Made by a program: the position numbers and the translations under genes. A model generated the notes under the pieces. It saw only the letters and a program-made list of their open reading frames with translations, did not search any database and had not been told where the DNA came from. Below, one piece after another: positions 1-9,910 of a DNA stretch of 64,000 bases (positions within the stretch are counted from its first letter, which is position 1; every line of letters begins with the position of its first letter). Origin of the DNA: an uncultured SAR86 cluster bacterium (GTDB lineage Bacteria; Pseudomonadota; Gammaproteobacteria; Magnimaribacterales; D2472); contig CACEZB010000004.1 of the NCBI GenBank assembly GCA_902563835.1, positions 342 through 64,341 of the forward strand. Direction: 5' to 3'.

Positions 1-2181
1 TACCAATCTTTTCATGACAGTAGGGTGAAGGATATGTGAAATAGCTCTTCCTTGAAGACCTAAAACTAGATCATGTAGTTGAGGGTCTTCATTGGCTCTT
101 CTTCCTGGGCTATATGCAGCACGTTTTTCACTTTGAAGGTACTTAAGTAAATTTTCATCAAATGTAAAAGCATTATTTGATAGAAGTTTTTCTACTATTA
201 GATTCATAGCTTTTTTCTGATCTTCATAAGATACAGCCTCAAAAGGAGTTATATCTATATTGGAATCATTTATAATTCTATTTGAGTAAACTCCTCCAAT
301 GAGTTTAACAACACCATCAAAAAACCTTCCTTTTTCTCTTGTAAGGCTATAGAAAGCAGATCTAAATTCTGAAGATGTTTCTCCGTCAATAAGGAAAATG
401 CTTGGTAGTTCAGCAATTTTCGCATCTAAAATATTAATACGATCTGATGTGTAAGAAATTGGGTCACTAGACATATCATATCTAACATTTCTAGGATCGA
501 TATTCACTCCTGGGGAGGACATTGCATCTCCATCCGTTCCAAAGATATATTCTGGTTGAGAAGACTTTGAAAGAATATCTTCTCTTTCTTCTTCACTAAG
601 ATTTGGAGTATATCCAAACTCAATTGCCCACATGTCATATGAGCCTGGCCCAGAAGGGAAGTAATTTCCTTGAGTAACTCCTTCAGGAGCAAGGTTTATA
701 GGATCGTAGTCCATCACAGAGCCAATGTGGTTATCACCAGTTATCGACACATCATGTATTTCTTCAGCATCATATATCCAACTAGATTTAAAATTATGTC
801 TTAAACCAAGCGTATGCCCAACTTCATGCATAGTAAGGGACACAATCCATTGTTCTAAAGGATCATTATCTTCAGAGTATCCCCATAACTTTCTATATGT
901 ATATCCTCTTTTTATAGCATTAAATTCTTGAACAATATCAGCAGCTATAATTTCACCAGTTCTTGGATTAGCTACACTTGGCCCATATCCCGAATATCTT
1001 GGACTTGGAGTTGAGGCCCATCTCACGACATTATATTTAACATCACCCGCATCCCATTCAGCATCATCAGGCTGTATTTTTGCAACTAATGCATTTTTAA
1101 AACCAGCTCTTTCAAAAGCTTTATTCCATCCTTCAATTCCTTTCACAACAAATGGACGAATTTCTTTAGGAGTTGAATTTTCAACCCAATAAACAATAGG
1201 TTCGACAGGTTCTGAAAGTTCTGCTTCCGGATCTTTTTTTATAAGCCTCCATCTATTCATTAAATCTCTAGCATTATTTGAATCATACGTTGATAAGTCA
1301 GTAACTTTTTCTGAAAAGTAACCAATTCTTTGATCAGCAACCCTAGGTTCAAAATTTTCATCTGGCATTTCTACAAAATTATGAAGACCATCTATAAATG
1401 TATATCTTTTATCAGCAACTGAATCTATTGAACCACTAGCTTTTGGTTTGGGGTTATAAAAACCATACCTAACTTTAAAAGAAGTATTTTTTTCATAGTT
1501 TCTCACTTCATCTATATATGTTTTTGATTCATCTGGTTTACCAAGTATCAAGTTGTAATATTCCATATATTCTTTTGGAATATTTGGGGAAATACTTACG
1601 AGCATCTCACTCAAAAACATTCGATCTATGTTTATCAAGTATTTTGATTCTTCATTAACAATAACAGAAAATCTTCCTAAAAATGCTTCAATAATATTTG
1701 TTATTTTTGATTGTGATATTTTGTTGGATTCGTCATATATAAACTTTGTATTTTTTTTATACAAACCAATATCTTCTTTAAACTTTCTAAATTCGAATAT
1801 AGAACCGTCGCCCAAATCACCTCCGCTAGAACCAGCATCTGTTGGCCCATTTAGAATATAAGTGAAGTAAATGAATTCTTTATTAAGTTGATCTTCATTG
1901 ATGATTAAATAGTATTTATCTTTTTCTGTTTCATGAAGAATTTCCATAAAACCGCTAATAGTAATATATTCACCATCTTCTAAGAATTCTTCTATAGTTT
2001 TGTATTCCTTTTTCTTTTCAGGCTTACCTTTTAGTTTTTTTGACATTACATCATCACTTTTCTCTTCAGGTGAAGTTGCTTTTTTATTATCTTTTGCAAA
2101 CATGCTGTTTGAATAAGTATTCAAACCAATAAAGATTATTGCGAATAAAAATATTTTTAATAGTTTAGATTTATTGTTCAT
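1..2181 (-). CDS. Secreted zinc-dependent metalloprotease (metzincin; DUF5117/DUF4953-type), 3' end runs off the window
   Basis: Not in the ORF track. Manual minus-strand translation from ATG 2181 gives signal-like MNNKSKLLKIFLFAIIFIG; the in-frame motif MHEVGHTLGLRHNF (HExxHxxGxxH) lies at ~790-831, followed by a Met-turn-like SVMDY. Confidence 0.88.
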   Translation of the reverse strand, partial: MNNKSKLLKIFLFAIIFIGLNTYSNSMFAKDNKKATSPEEKSDDVMSKKLKGKPEKKKEYKTIEEFLEDGEYITISGFMEILHETEKDKYYLIINEDQLNKEFIYFTYILNGPTDAGSSGGDLGDGSIFEFRKFKEDIGLYKKNTKFIYDESNKISQSKITNIIEAFLGRFSVIVNEESKYLINIDRMFLSEMLVSISPNIPKEYMEYYNLILGKPDESKTYIDEVRNYEKNTSFKVRYGFYNPKPKASGSIDSVADKRYTFIDGLHNFVEMPDENFEPRVADQRIGYFSEKVTDLSTYDSNNARDLMNRWRLIKKDPEAELSEPVEPIVYWVENSTPKEIRPFVVKGIEGWNKAFERAGFKNALVAKIQPDDAEWDAGDVKYNVVRWASTPSPRYSGYGPSVANPRTGEIIAADIVQEFNAIKRGYTYRKLWGYSEDNDPLEQWIVSLTMHEVGHTLGLRHNFKSSWIYDAEEIHDVSITGDNHIGSVMDYDPINLAPEGVTQGNYFPSGPGSYDMWAIEFGYTPNLSEEEREDILSKSSQPEYIFGTDGDAMSSPGVNIDPRNVRYDMSSDPISYTSDRINILDAKIAELPSIFLIDGETSSEFRSAFYSLTREKGRFFDGVVKLIGGVYSNRIINDSNIDITPFEAVSYEDQKKAMNLIVEKLLSNNAFTFDENLLKYLQSEKRAAYSPGRRANEDPQLHDLVLGLQGRAISHILHPTVMKRLV

Positions 2182-2246
2182 ATATAGTCCTTTAAAAACA
2201 GCATGTAATTCTATCTTAGAAACAATCTTACTGATAGTATATAAGT

Positions 2247-3047
2247 ATGAAAAATTCTTATGCGTTGATAACTGGAGCATCTTCGGGAATAGGCTTGGAG
2301 ATTGCTAAAAATCTTGCTGCAAGAGGCTATAACTTAATTTTAACAGCTCGTAGAAAAGAATTACTTGAATCGCTTGCTAAAGAAATTACTGATAAAAATA
2401 GTATTCACGTTGATCTTATCTCCATGGATTTAAGTAAATATGATGCGCCAAAAGAAATATTTCAATTTTGTCAATCTAAAGACTATCAAATAGATCTTTT
2501 AGTCAATAATGCTGGATATGGCATAAAGACATCTTTTCATAATACAAGCATCGAAGATGAAGAAAATTTTATAAGAGTTTTAGGCACATCTGTAATTATG
2601 CTGACTAAGTTATTTATTCCAAACATGATTAAAAATGGCGGAGGTAAAATAATGATTGTCTCATCAGTAGCATCATTTGCCGCACCTTCAGCAATACAAC
2701 CATTGTATGGCCCTATAAAAACTTTTATGAATAGATTCAGTGATTCCATTAATATTAATTACAAGCATAAAGGAATTACTTCAACATCAGTCTGTCCTGG
2801 CTTTACAGTAACGGGGTTTCATACTGCAAGTGGAGTTCAAGAGCAAATGGATAGAGTCCCTAAGTTTATGGTATTTTCAGCTGAAAGAATTGCCAAAGAA
2901 GCAGTTGATGCAACTTTGGCTGGTAAAAGTCTATGTGTGCCAACAAAAACGTATAAATTTTTAGTATTTATGCTTAAGAATCTTCCACAATCAGTTTTAA
3001 GGTTAATTGGAACAGGGCTCGCTCCAGGAAGATACGATAGAAATTAA
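2247..3047 (+). CDS. Short-chain dehydrogenase/reductase (SDR)
   Basis: TGASSGIG, NNAG and YxxxK (YGPIK) motifs. Confidence 0.93.
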   Translation: MKNSYALITGASSGIGLEIAKNLAARGYNLILTARRKELLESLAKEITDKNSIHVDLISMDLSKYDAPKEIFQFCQSKDYQIDLLVNNAGYGIKTSFHNTSIEDEENFIRVLGTSVIMLTKLFIPNMIKNGGGKIMIVSSVASFAAPSAIQPLYGPIKTFMNRFSDSININYKHKGITSTSVCPGFTVTGFHTASGVQEQMDRVPKFMVFSAERIAKEAVDATLAGKSLCVPTKTYKFLVFMLKNLPQSVLRLIGTGLAPGRYDRN

Positions 3048-3698
3048 TTAAATTATTCCAAGAGCTTGATCTGATACAAAGGGGTTGGAACATCTTTCTG
3101 CTTCAAAAGTAGACATTGGCCCATGTCCTGGAATAAATTCAATCTCTTTACCAAGTGGCCATAGTTTATCTTTAACTGAATTTATTAGCTGGTCATGATT
3201 TCCACCTGGTAAATCAGTCCTTCCAATCGAACCATTAAATAAGACATCTCCAACCAAAGCTAATTTATTAGCTTCATTATAAAAAATTATATGTCCTGGA
3301 GTATGGCCTGGGCAAAAGTAGACATCTAATTTCTCATCCCCAAGCTCAACGATATCTCCTTCATCTAACCAAATATCTGGCTTACAATCTTTAGAAGGTA
3401 GGCCAAACATTTCACCTTGTTTTTGAAGTTCATCAAGTAAAAATTTATCCTCAATATGAGGTCCATGAATTTCTACTTTAAGTATTTCAGATAATTCAGT
3501 TGCTCCCCCAGCATGATCAATATGCCCATGTGTTAAAAGTATTTTTTCTGGAATTAAATTATTGTTTTTCGCAATTTCTAAAAGAATCTCTATATCTCCA
3601 CCTGGATCTACAATTGCGCACTTATTAGTATTGGAACAATAAATAATTGAAGCATTTTGTTGAAAAAGAGTGACTGGTTGAATTAAAGCTTTTAACAT
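3048..3698 (-). CDS. MBL-fold metallo-hydrolase (YcbL/GloC glyoxalase II-like)
   Basis: THGHIDH, PGHTPGH, GDVLF, GRTDLPGG, PGHG motifs. Confidence 0.92.
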   Translation of the reverse strand: MLKALIQPVTLFQQNASIIYCSNTNKCAIVDPGGDIEILLEIAKNNNLIPEKILLTHGHIDHAGGATELSEILKVEIHGPHIEDKFLLDELQKQGEMFGLPSKDCKPDIWLDEGDIVELGDEKLDVYFCPGHTPGHIIFYNEANKLALVGDVLFNGSIGRTDLPGGNHDQLINSVKDKLWPLGKEIEFIPGHGPMSTFEAERCSNPFVSDQALGII

Positions 3699-3733
3699 AA
3701 TTATTTTATAATATATGTTTTAATTATATAAAA

Positions 3734-5455
3734 ATGAATACCAAACATACAGAATCAAAATTATTAACGAGACAGGCATCAAAAGAGGAAAATGATTTAT
3801 TAATTTCAAGAATAGACTCTACTTATGAAGCAGCTAAACTAAGAAATACTTTATATGATAAATCACCCGAAAATTTTCACACCCCAGTAGAGTTTTCATG
3901 GAGTGCTTTTTGGAAAACTTTCATTTATGAAAATTTACCTCCAGTATTTTTTTCACCAATCGCAGCAATTTTTTTAGAAGGATCTCTTTCAAGGGCCTGG
4001 CATGTTTCACAAAACAGAAACCTATGTGCTTTATCTACTCAACACAATCCTTTACTTGCAATAATAATTTCTTGGTTAATTGTATATCCAGGTTCATGGT
4101 TGATGACCATAGCCTTATTCTTGGCATTGTTTACAGACACTCAATTAATTCAAAATATAGATACCTTTCAAATATGTTTGGCTTACTTATGTTTAGTTAT
4201 GAGAAGACTTATTATTTCAGCTAAATATGGATTTTTTAGACCTGAAGAATTAGAAAGACTTTGTCATCCAGCTCCAGAATGGAGTAATGATAAGACACAA
4301 AGAAAATTTATTGGTCAGGGGTGGAGTAATCCTGAGAAATTTCCTGGATTAATTGAAGATGAAATGACATCAGCAATGGATGAAAATGATATATGTCTTC
4401 ATGGCATTCCAATTGAAGTAGATGAAAGTGTTGCTGAGTTAATTTCCAAACAAAAGGGTAGTGATATCTTTTCTGCAAAGACATCCGCAACTAAAGAAAA
4501 AGAAATATCCTCAGCATTTTTTTTATTTAATATTATAAGATCAGTTTATAAAAAAGATTTTGTTTCAGGATTTAGACTTGTACTTTATTCAACAATGTTG
4601 GCAATTATTTTTACTCCACTTTTGATAAAATTTGTCTATGGTGTCTACCTGTTTGGAGATAATGCACTCGAAAAATTTATTAGCTCTATGTCAATTTTTG
4701 GTTTTGTAATATGTTTTCAACTATTTTTCTTTGGGTTGGTTTGCGCTATAGACTTTCAACGAAGAATTGAGACAACAAAAAAATTAGGAGAACTTGTTAG
4801 ATTCCCTGGTATAAAATTCTCCTCTTTATTTGAATCAAAAGATGACACCAATAATAATTCAAGAATATTTATTGATCTTCAAAAAAGGGTAAATGTTTTT
4901 GCATGGATGAATATTAGAAATGTATTAAGATCTTTTGGAGAATCGTATCTTTATAGAATTGAAAGTTATACAGCAATTTTAGTTTTTTACTCTCTATTTT
5001 GTGTTGGTATATTAAATTTAATTGTTTGGACAGAAATGAGACATCATATATCAACTATTTATCTTATAGTTGCAATTATTGTATGCATCTCAGGCATAAG
5101 CATTTATTCAATATTTAAAGCTATAAAACTTCAATCTTTGAGTCAAAAACATAGAGATTTTGTAAGAAATGAAATATTTATTATTGAAGAGGAAATTTGT
5201 GAGCTAGAAGAAGAAAATACTAATGTTCATAGGTTAAATGACCTTAAAAGCTCAAAAAACTTATTAACACAAGTAGATGCAAATATTAACTATAAAGAAC
5301 TAATATATAAACCAACAACTATTATGGGATATTCTGCAAATCCAGGTGTCATTGGATCAGTTCTAGGATTAGTTTTAACTGGTTGTCTTTTTGCTGTTCA
5401 GGGTTTTGTATCTACTGGAATAGAATACGACACTGCTGGTTGGTTTAATTTTTAG
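3734..5455 (+). CDS. Multipass membrane protein; candidate PHTF/GRL-like seven-transmembrane ion channel (7TMIC) homologue
   Basis: 573-aa ORF with 7-8 hydrophobic segments; C-terminal PTTIMGYSANPGVIGSVLGLVLTGCLFAVQGF and internal DLQKRVNVFAWMNIRNVLRSFG resemble PHTF/Gr motifs as I recall them. The CDS is secure; the family call is tentative. Confidence 0.6.
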   Translation: MNTKHTESKLLTRQASKEENDLLISRIDSTYEAAKLRNTLYDKSPENFHTPVEFSWSAFWKTFIYENLPPVFFSPIAAIFLEGSLSRAWHVSQNRNLCALSTQHNPLLAIIISWLIVYPGSWLMTIALFLALFTDTQLIQNIDTFQICLAYLCLVMRRLIISAKYGFFRPEELERLCHPAPEWSNDKTQRKFIGQGWSNPEKFPGLIEDEMTSAMDENDICLHGIPIEVDESVAELISKQKGSDIFSAKTSATKEKEISSAFFLFNIIRSVYKKDFVSGFRLVLYSTMLAIIFTPLLIKFVYGVYLFGDNALEKFISSMSIFGFVICFQLFFFGLVCAIDFQRRIETTKKLGELVRFPGIKFSSLFESKDDTNNNSRIFIDLQKRVNVFAWMNIRNVLRSFGESYLYRIESYTAILVFYSLFCVGILNLIVWTEMRHHISTIYLIVAIIVCISGISIYSIFKAIKLQSLSQKHRDFVRNEIFIIEEEICELEEENTNVHRLNDLKSSKNLLTQVDANINYKELIYKPTTIMGYSANPGVIGSVLGLVLTGCLFAVQGFVSTGIEYDTAGWFNF

Positions 5456-5501
5456 AAAAATGCTATAAAATAGGCATTTCTAATATTAATGGAATATAAA
5501 A

Positions 5502-6146
5502 ATGAATAAAAAAGTATCTAAAGAAGAGGCTTTAGAAGCCGTAAAAAATATTACCAAAGAGATTTCTGAGAGTTCACTTGAGCAAGAGGCGCTTGAGGCA
5601 GTCAAAACATTGATACTTTGGGCTGGTGATGATCCAGAAAGAGAAGGGCTAATAGATACCCCTAAAAGGGTTGTTAAAGCATATAAGGAATTCTTTTCCG
5701 GATATGAAGAAGATCCAGAAGAGATATTAAGCAGAACTTTTGAAGAAGTTGAAGGGTATGATGATGCGGTTATTGTTAGAAACATAAGGGTAGAATCTCA
5801 TTGTGAGCATCATATGGTTCCAATTGTAGGAGTTGCACATATTGGTTATATTCCAAAAAAGAGAGTTGTTGGAATAAGTAAATTGGCAAGATTGGTCGAT
5901 TTGTTTGGAAAAAGACTTCAAACACAAGAAACAATGACTGCGCAAATTGCAGATACGATTGATAAAGTTCTCCAACCAAAAGGAGTTGCGGTAGTTATAG
6001 ATGCTAATCATCAATGTATGAGCACAAGAGGTGTCCATAAAACTGAATCTAGTACTATTACTTCAAGGATGTTAGGAACTTTTAGATCAGATAGTAAAGC
6101 AAGAGAAGAATTCATAAGTCTTATTCATTCACCAAAAAATATTTAA
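5502..6146 (+). CDS. folE: GTP cyclohydrolase I
   Basis: REGLIDTPKRV, SHCEHH, GISKLAR, RLQTQE, HQCMSTRG motifs. Confidence 0.97.
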   Translation: MNKKVSKEEALEAVKNITKEISESSLEQEALEAVKTLILWAGDDPEREGLIDTPKRVVKAYKEFFSGYEEDPEEILSRTFEEVEGYDDAVIVRNIRVESHCEHHMVPIVGVAHIGYIPKKRVVGISKLARLVDLFGKRLQTQETMTAQIADTIDKVLQPKGVAVVIDANHQCMSTRGVHKTESSTITSRMLGTFRSDSKAREEFISLIHSPKNI

Positions 6147-6770
6147 ATGAATAGGTCTCTGGAATATTCCAGTATTAAACCTAACATTCCTATTATTCTT
6201 GCATCTGGATCCGAGAGCAGAAAACAAATGCTTGAAGAAGCAGGAATTATTTTTGAAGTTGTAGTTTCTTCTGCTGATGAAGATTTAATTAAGAATGAAA
6301 TTTCATCATTACCATTTAGTGAGCAGGTAGTTCATCTAGCAAAGGCTAAAGCAAAATTAATAAGTAAAAAATACCCTGCCAATATTGTAATTGGCGGAGA
6401 CCAGATGTGTGTGCTTGGAGAAAAATTGCTTCATAAACCAGGCTCAAAAAATAAAGCCATAGAAAGTCTCAAACTTTTATCAAATCAAACACATTTTCAG
6501 CATAGCGGAGTTTGTATTTATAAGAACAATGATTGTATTTGGGAATATTCTGAGTTAGTTGAACTAAAAATGCATGATCTTAGTGAGCCTGAGATTAAGA
6601 ATTATGTTGAAATGGAAAATCCAATCCATGCAGCAGGATCTTATAAGTTTGAATCTTTAGGATGTAATTTATTTTCCCATGTGGGTGGTTCTTCTTACAC
6701 AGTCAGAGGTATGCCACTAATACCGCTATTAAATGCTTTAAGGGAACTGGGCATAATTGATTTAAAATAA
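6147..6770 (+). CDS. maf: Maf family nucleoside triphosphate pyrophosphatase
   Basis: IILASGSESRKQML, GGDQ, KP, AGSY, GMPL motifs. Confidence 0.92.
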   Translation: MNRSLEYSSIKPNIPIILASGSESRKQMLEEAGIIFEVVVSSADEDLIKNEISSLPFSEQVVHLAKAKAKLISKKYPANIVIGGDQMCVLGEKLLHKPGSKNKAIESLKLLSNQTHFQHSGVCIYKNNDCIWEYSELVELKMHDLSEPEIKNYVEMENPIHAAGSYKFESLGCNLFSHVGGSSYTVRGMPLIPLLNALRELGIIDLK

Positions 6771-6774
6771 TCTT

Positions 6775-7224
6775 ATGAAAACATACCAAATTATAAAAAC
6801 ATTAGGCCCTGAAAATGGATTTACATGTGCATATCGTCAATGGAGAGCTAAATCTGATTGCAAATATATTCATGGTTATAGCTTAGGTTTTAGATTTGTT
6901 TTGGAAGCTACTGAACTGGATGAAAATTCATGGGTTTATGATTTTGGTAGTTTTAAAGAGATACGTAAATGGGTTAAAGATAATTTTGACCATACATTAT
7001 TAATAGCAAAAGATGATCCTGAAAAAGATTTTCTTATGAGTATTGATGATAAAAAAATTGCTAAAGTTATAGAGTTCCCTGATGTAGGTTGTGAAAAGTT
7101 TGCTGAATATACTTTCAATTTTGTTAATGAATATATTTCATCCGAAACTGATGGGCGGGTAAAATTAATTTCAGTTGAAGTTTTTGAGCATGGAGCCAAT
7201 AGTGCAGTATTTAAAAATATTTAA
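6775..7224 (+). CDS. queD: 6-carboxytetrahydropterin synthase (QueD/PTPS family)
   Basis: CKYIHGY, WVYDFG, FDHT, GCEKFA, EHGANSA motifs. Confidence 0.85.
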   Translation: MKTYQIIKTLGPENGFTCAYRQWRAKSDCKYIHGYSLGFRFVLEATELDENSWVYDFGSFKEIRKWVKDNFDHTLLIAKDDPEKDFLMSIDDKKIAKVIEFPDVGCEKFAEYTFNFVNEYISSETDGRVKLISVEVFEHGANSAVFKNI

Positions 7225-8575
7225 TACATTAAATAGTAAAAAAGAAACATTCGAACCTATTGATTCTAAGCATGTGAAAATATATGCATGCGGACCGACT
7301 GTTTATAATTATGCGCATATAGGCAATGCGAGAATGGCTGTTGTTTTTGATACTTTTGTAAGAACGCTAAAGGCTGTTTATCCAAAAGTAACCTATGTAT
7401 CTAATATTACAGATATTGACGATAAGATAATTGAAGCAGCAAAAGAACAAGAGGTTGAAATTTCTCAAATAACAAACAAGTTCACTAAAATTTATAACGA
7501 AGATATGGCAAGACTTAATGTTTTACCGCCAGATGTTCAGCCTAAGGCTACGGAATTTATCCCTGAAATGATTAACTTAATTGAAGATTTGATTAGTAAA
7601 GATTTTGCATATGAAAAAGAAGGACATGTCTTATTTCATGTACCTTTGTATTTAAATTATGGAAAATTATCAAATAGAAATAGGGAAGAACAGATAGCGG
7701 GTAGCAGAATAGAGGTAGCACCTTTTAAAAAAGACCCAGCAGATTTTATTTTATGGAAACCAAGTGATGATACGCAACCCGGGTGGGATTCTCCATGGGG
7801 GATTGGAAGACCAGGATGGCATACAGAATGTTCAGCTATGTCTGAAAAAACACTTGGATTGCCATTTGATATTCATGGAGGAGGAAGAGATTTAATCTTT
7901 CCTCATCATGAAAATGAAATTGCACAAAGCTGCTGCTCTTCGGCAAGTATCGATGATCCAACTTCTTATGCTAGATATTGGATGCACAATGGATTTGTTA
8001 CGATTGATGGAGAAAAAATGTCTAAATCTCTAGGTAATATTATTTTAGTAAAAGACTTAATTGAAGATCACCATGGAGAGGTTATTAGACTAGCACTTTT
8101 ATCATCTCACTACAGACAAGGACTTGATTGGAATGAAAAAATAATCCATCAATCTAAAAAACTATTAGATAAACTTTATGCCATTCTTAAAGATTTAGAA
8201 AATACCAATCAAGATGATTCAATTCAATCAAACAAAGATGTAATTAGACCATTAATGGACGATTTAAATACACCCGGCTTAATTGCAGAATTAAATAAAA
8301 TAGTTAAAGAATTTAGCATGATAAAAGATGATGAAAAGCCAGCTGTTAAATCAAAATTAATCTTTATTGGATCGATACTTGGAATCCTTGGAGATAAAAA
8401 TTTTAATCATGTTTCTGATGAATTTAAAAATAAAATAGAAGAACTAATTCAAAAGAGAACAGAAGCTAAGCAGGATAAAAATTTTGATAAAGCAGATAAA
8501 ATAAGACAAGAACTACTAGACCTAGGGGTTGAAATAAAGGATAGCAGCGACGGAACTAGTTGGAACCTTAAATAG
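7202..8575 (+). CDS. cysS: Cysteine--tRNA ligase
   Basis: CGPTVY, HIGN, GRPGWHTEC, DIHGGG, FPHHENE, KMSKS; start placed at GTG 7202 behind GGAG. Confidence 0.97.
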   Translation: MQYLKIFNTLNSKKETFEPIDSKHVKIYACGPTVYNYAHIGNARMAVVFDTFVRTLKAVYPKVTYVSNITDIDDKIIEAAKEQEVEISQITNKFTKIYNEDMARLNVLPPDVQPKATEFIPEMINLIEDLISKDFAYEKEGHVLFHVPLYLNYGKLSNRNREEQIAGSRIEVAPFKKDPADFILWKPSDDTQPGWDSPWGIGRPGWHTECSAMSEKTLGLPFDIHGGGRDLIFPHHENEIAQSCCSSASIDDPTSYARYWMHNGFVTIDGEKMSKSLGNIILVKDLIEDHHGEVIRLALLSSHYRQGLDWNEKIIHQSKKLLDKLYAILKDLENTNQDDSIQSNKDVIRPLMDDLNTPGLIAELNKIVKEFSMIKDDEKPAVKSKLIFIGSILGILGDKNFNHVSDEFKNKIEELIQKRTEAKQDKNFDKADKIRQELLDLGVEIKDSSDGTSWNLK

Positions 8576-9174
8576 TGGGAATTCATTCAACAATTAATCT
8601 ACCTGAAGCGTATACAGATCTAGATCAAACTCTTAATAGCGCTGATTTAATACTTTCTGATGCTGTTGCTAATGCAACAACTCTTTTTCATACACCAGTA
8701 GTATCTTCAATTAACGGAAAAGAAGTTGTATCAAGAGTGATGGTTTTGAGGGAGTTTAATTTAGCTAATAAAATGATGAGATTTCATACCGATCATAGGG
8801 CCGCTAAAATAAAACACTTTACTGAAAATAATAACGTATCAGTAATTGGTTATGATCCCGATTTAAAAATACAAATAAAATTACAAGGAAAAATTAGAGT
8901 TCATTATGATGATGAGGTTACAGAGTCAGCGTGGAAGGAATCTAATGGACGTTCAAAGAAATGTTATTCAATAAAAGATGGGTCGACAAAAGAAATACTA
9001 GAACCATCTGAATATGATATTAAAGATTTTGAAGTTGAAGATGGTTATAAAAACTTTGCTGTTTTAATTTTTAATTTTAATTCTTTAGAATTTCTATATT
9101 TAAAAAGTTCAGGACATAGAAGAGCAATTCATAGATGGGGGAATGATCTAAAATCAACTTGGTTAGTCCCTTAA
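8575..9174 (+). CDS. Pyridoxamine 5'-phosphate oxidase-like FMN-binding protein
   Basis: FHTPVV, RVMVLR, FHTDHRAAK, HRRA and C-terminal WLVP pattern of the PNPOx-like family. Confidence 0.85.
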   Translation: MGIHSTINLPEAYTDLDQTLNSADLILSDAVANATTLFHTPVVSSINGKEVVSRVMVLREFNLANKMMRFHTDHRAAKIKHFTENNNVSVIGYDPDLKIQIKLQGKIRVHYDDEVTESAWKESNGRSKKCYSIKDGSTKEILEPSEYDIKDFEVEDGYKNFAVLIFNFNSLEFLYLKSSGHRRAIHRWGNDLKSTWLVP

Positions 9175-9230
9175 TATAATAAATAATGTATTATTTATAC
9201 TCATTTTTAAATTTTATAGAGGAGAAAGAT

Positions 9231-9716
9231 ATGAAAAAAATATTTTTATTAAGTATTTTAGTTTTTGCTACAGGTTCTATCTTTGCTGATGGGCACACAG
9301 CAGACGAAAAAGAGGTCTTAAAGGCTTTGGCTGAATATTTTGATGCTAGGAACGCTCAAGATTGGGAAAAAGCTGTCACATTTGAAAGTAAAGCTGGTAC
9401 TTATAATACAAACTCTGATGGAAGCTTCCATAAACCAGTAATAAAACAATCAGCTGAAGATTGGGCTAATTCAAATCAAGGCGGATCTTTAAATGTTTAT
9501 TATCCTGAAGCAGTTATGCTTTCTAAGGATGTAGCTTTTGTTAGATTTTATTATGAGGGTATGACAGAAGTTTCTGGTATCACAAAACCGTATAGAACCA
9601 GAGTAACAATGACCTGGGTTAAAGAAAATGGAAATTGGGTAACTAGAACTCAACATTATTCTGCCGCTGCTTATGGAGGTGTCCATATTTCTCAAGCAAG
9701 CGATTTCCAAGATTAA
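9231..9716 (+). CDS. Secreted NTF2/SnoaL-like (DUF4440) domain protein
   Basis: Signal peptide MKKIFLLSILVFATGSIFA after GAGGAG RBS; C-terminal RVTMTWVKENGNWV..QHYS strand pattern. Confidence 0.78.
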   Translation: MKKIFLLSILVFATGSIFADGHTADEKEVLKALAEYFDARNAQDWEKAVTFESKAGTYNTNSDGSFHKPVIKQSAEDWANSNQGGSLNVYYPEAVMLSKDVAFVRFYYEGMTEVSGITKPYRTRVTMTWVKENGNWVTRTQHYSAAAYGGVHISQASDFQD

Positions 9717-9734
9717 TTATTTTTGATTAATGAT

Positions 9735-9761
9735 AAAACCCTCTTTCATAGAGGGTTTTTT
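9735..9761. terminator. Bidirectional intrinsic terminator
   Basis: AAAACCCTCT-TTCAT-AGAGGGTTTTTT hairpin between the convergent NTF2 gene and tRNA-Arg. Confidence 0.85.
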
Positions 9762-9763
9762 AT

Positions 9764-9838
9764 TGGTGCCCTCTGCAGGAATCGAACCTGCAACTAATCC
9801 TTAGGAGGGATTTGTTATATCCATTTAACTAAGAAGGC
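9764..9838 (-). tRNA. tRNA-Arg (CCU)
   Basis: Reverse complement folds as a cloverleaf: anticodon arm AATCC-CT-CCT-AA-GGATT, T-loop GGTTCGATTCC, encoded CCA. Confidence 0.96.
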
Positions 9839-9910
9839 TTTAAAATTGTTTCTTATTTCATAATAAATAACTTTATAAAAAAATTGAGATCCAATCTATA
9901 ATATATATAT

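Noticed and set aside
504-1861. Short ORFs 504-692, 725-931 and 1628-1861
   Set aside because: Shadow frames of the long minus-strand metalloprotease (1-2181)
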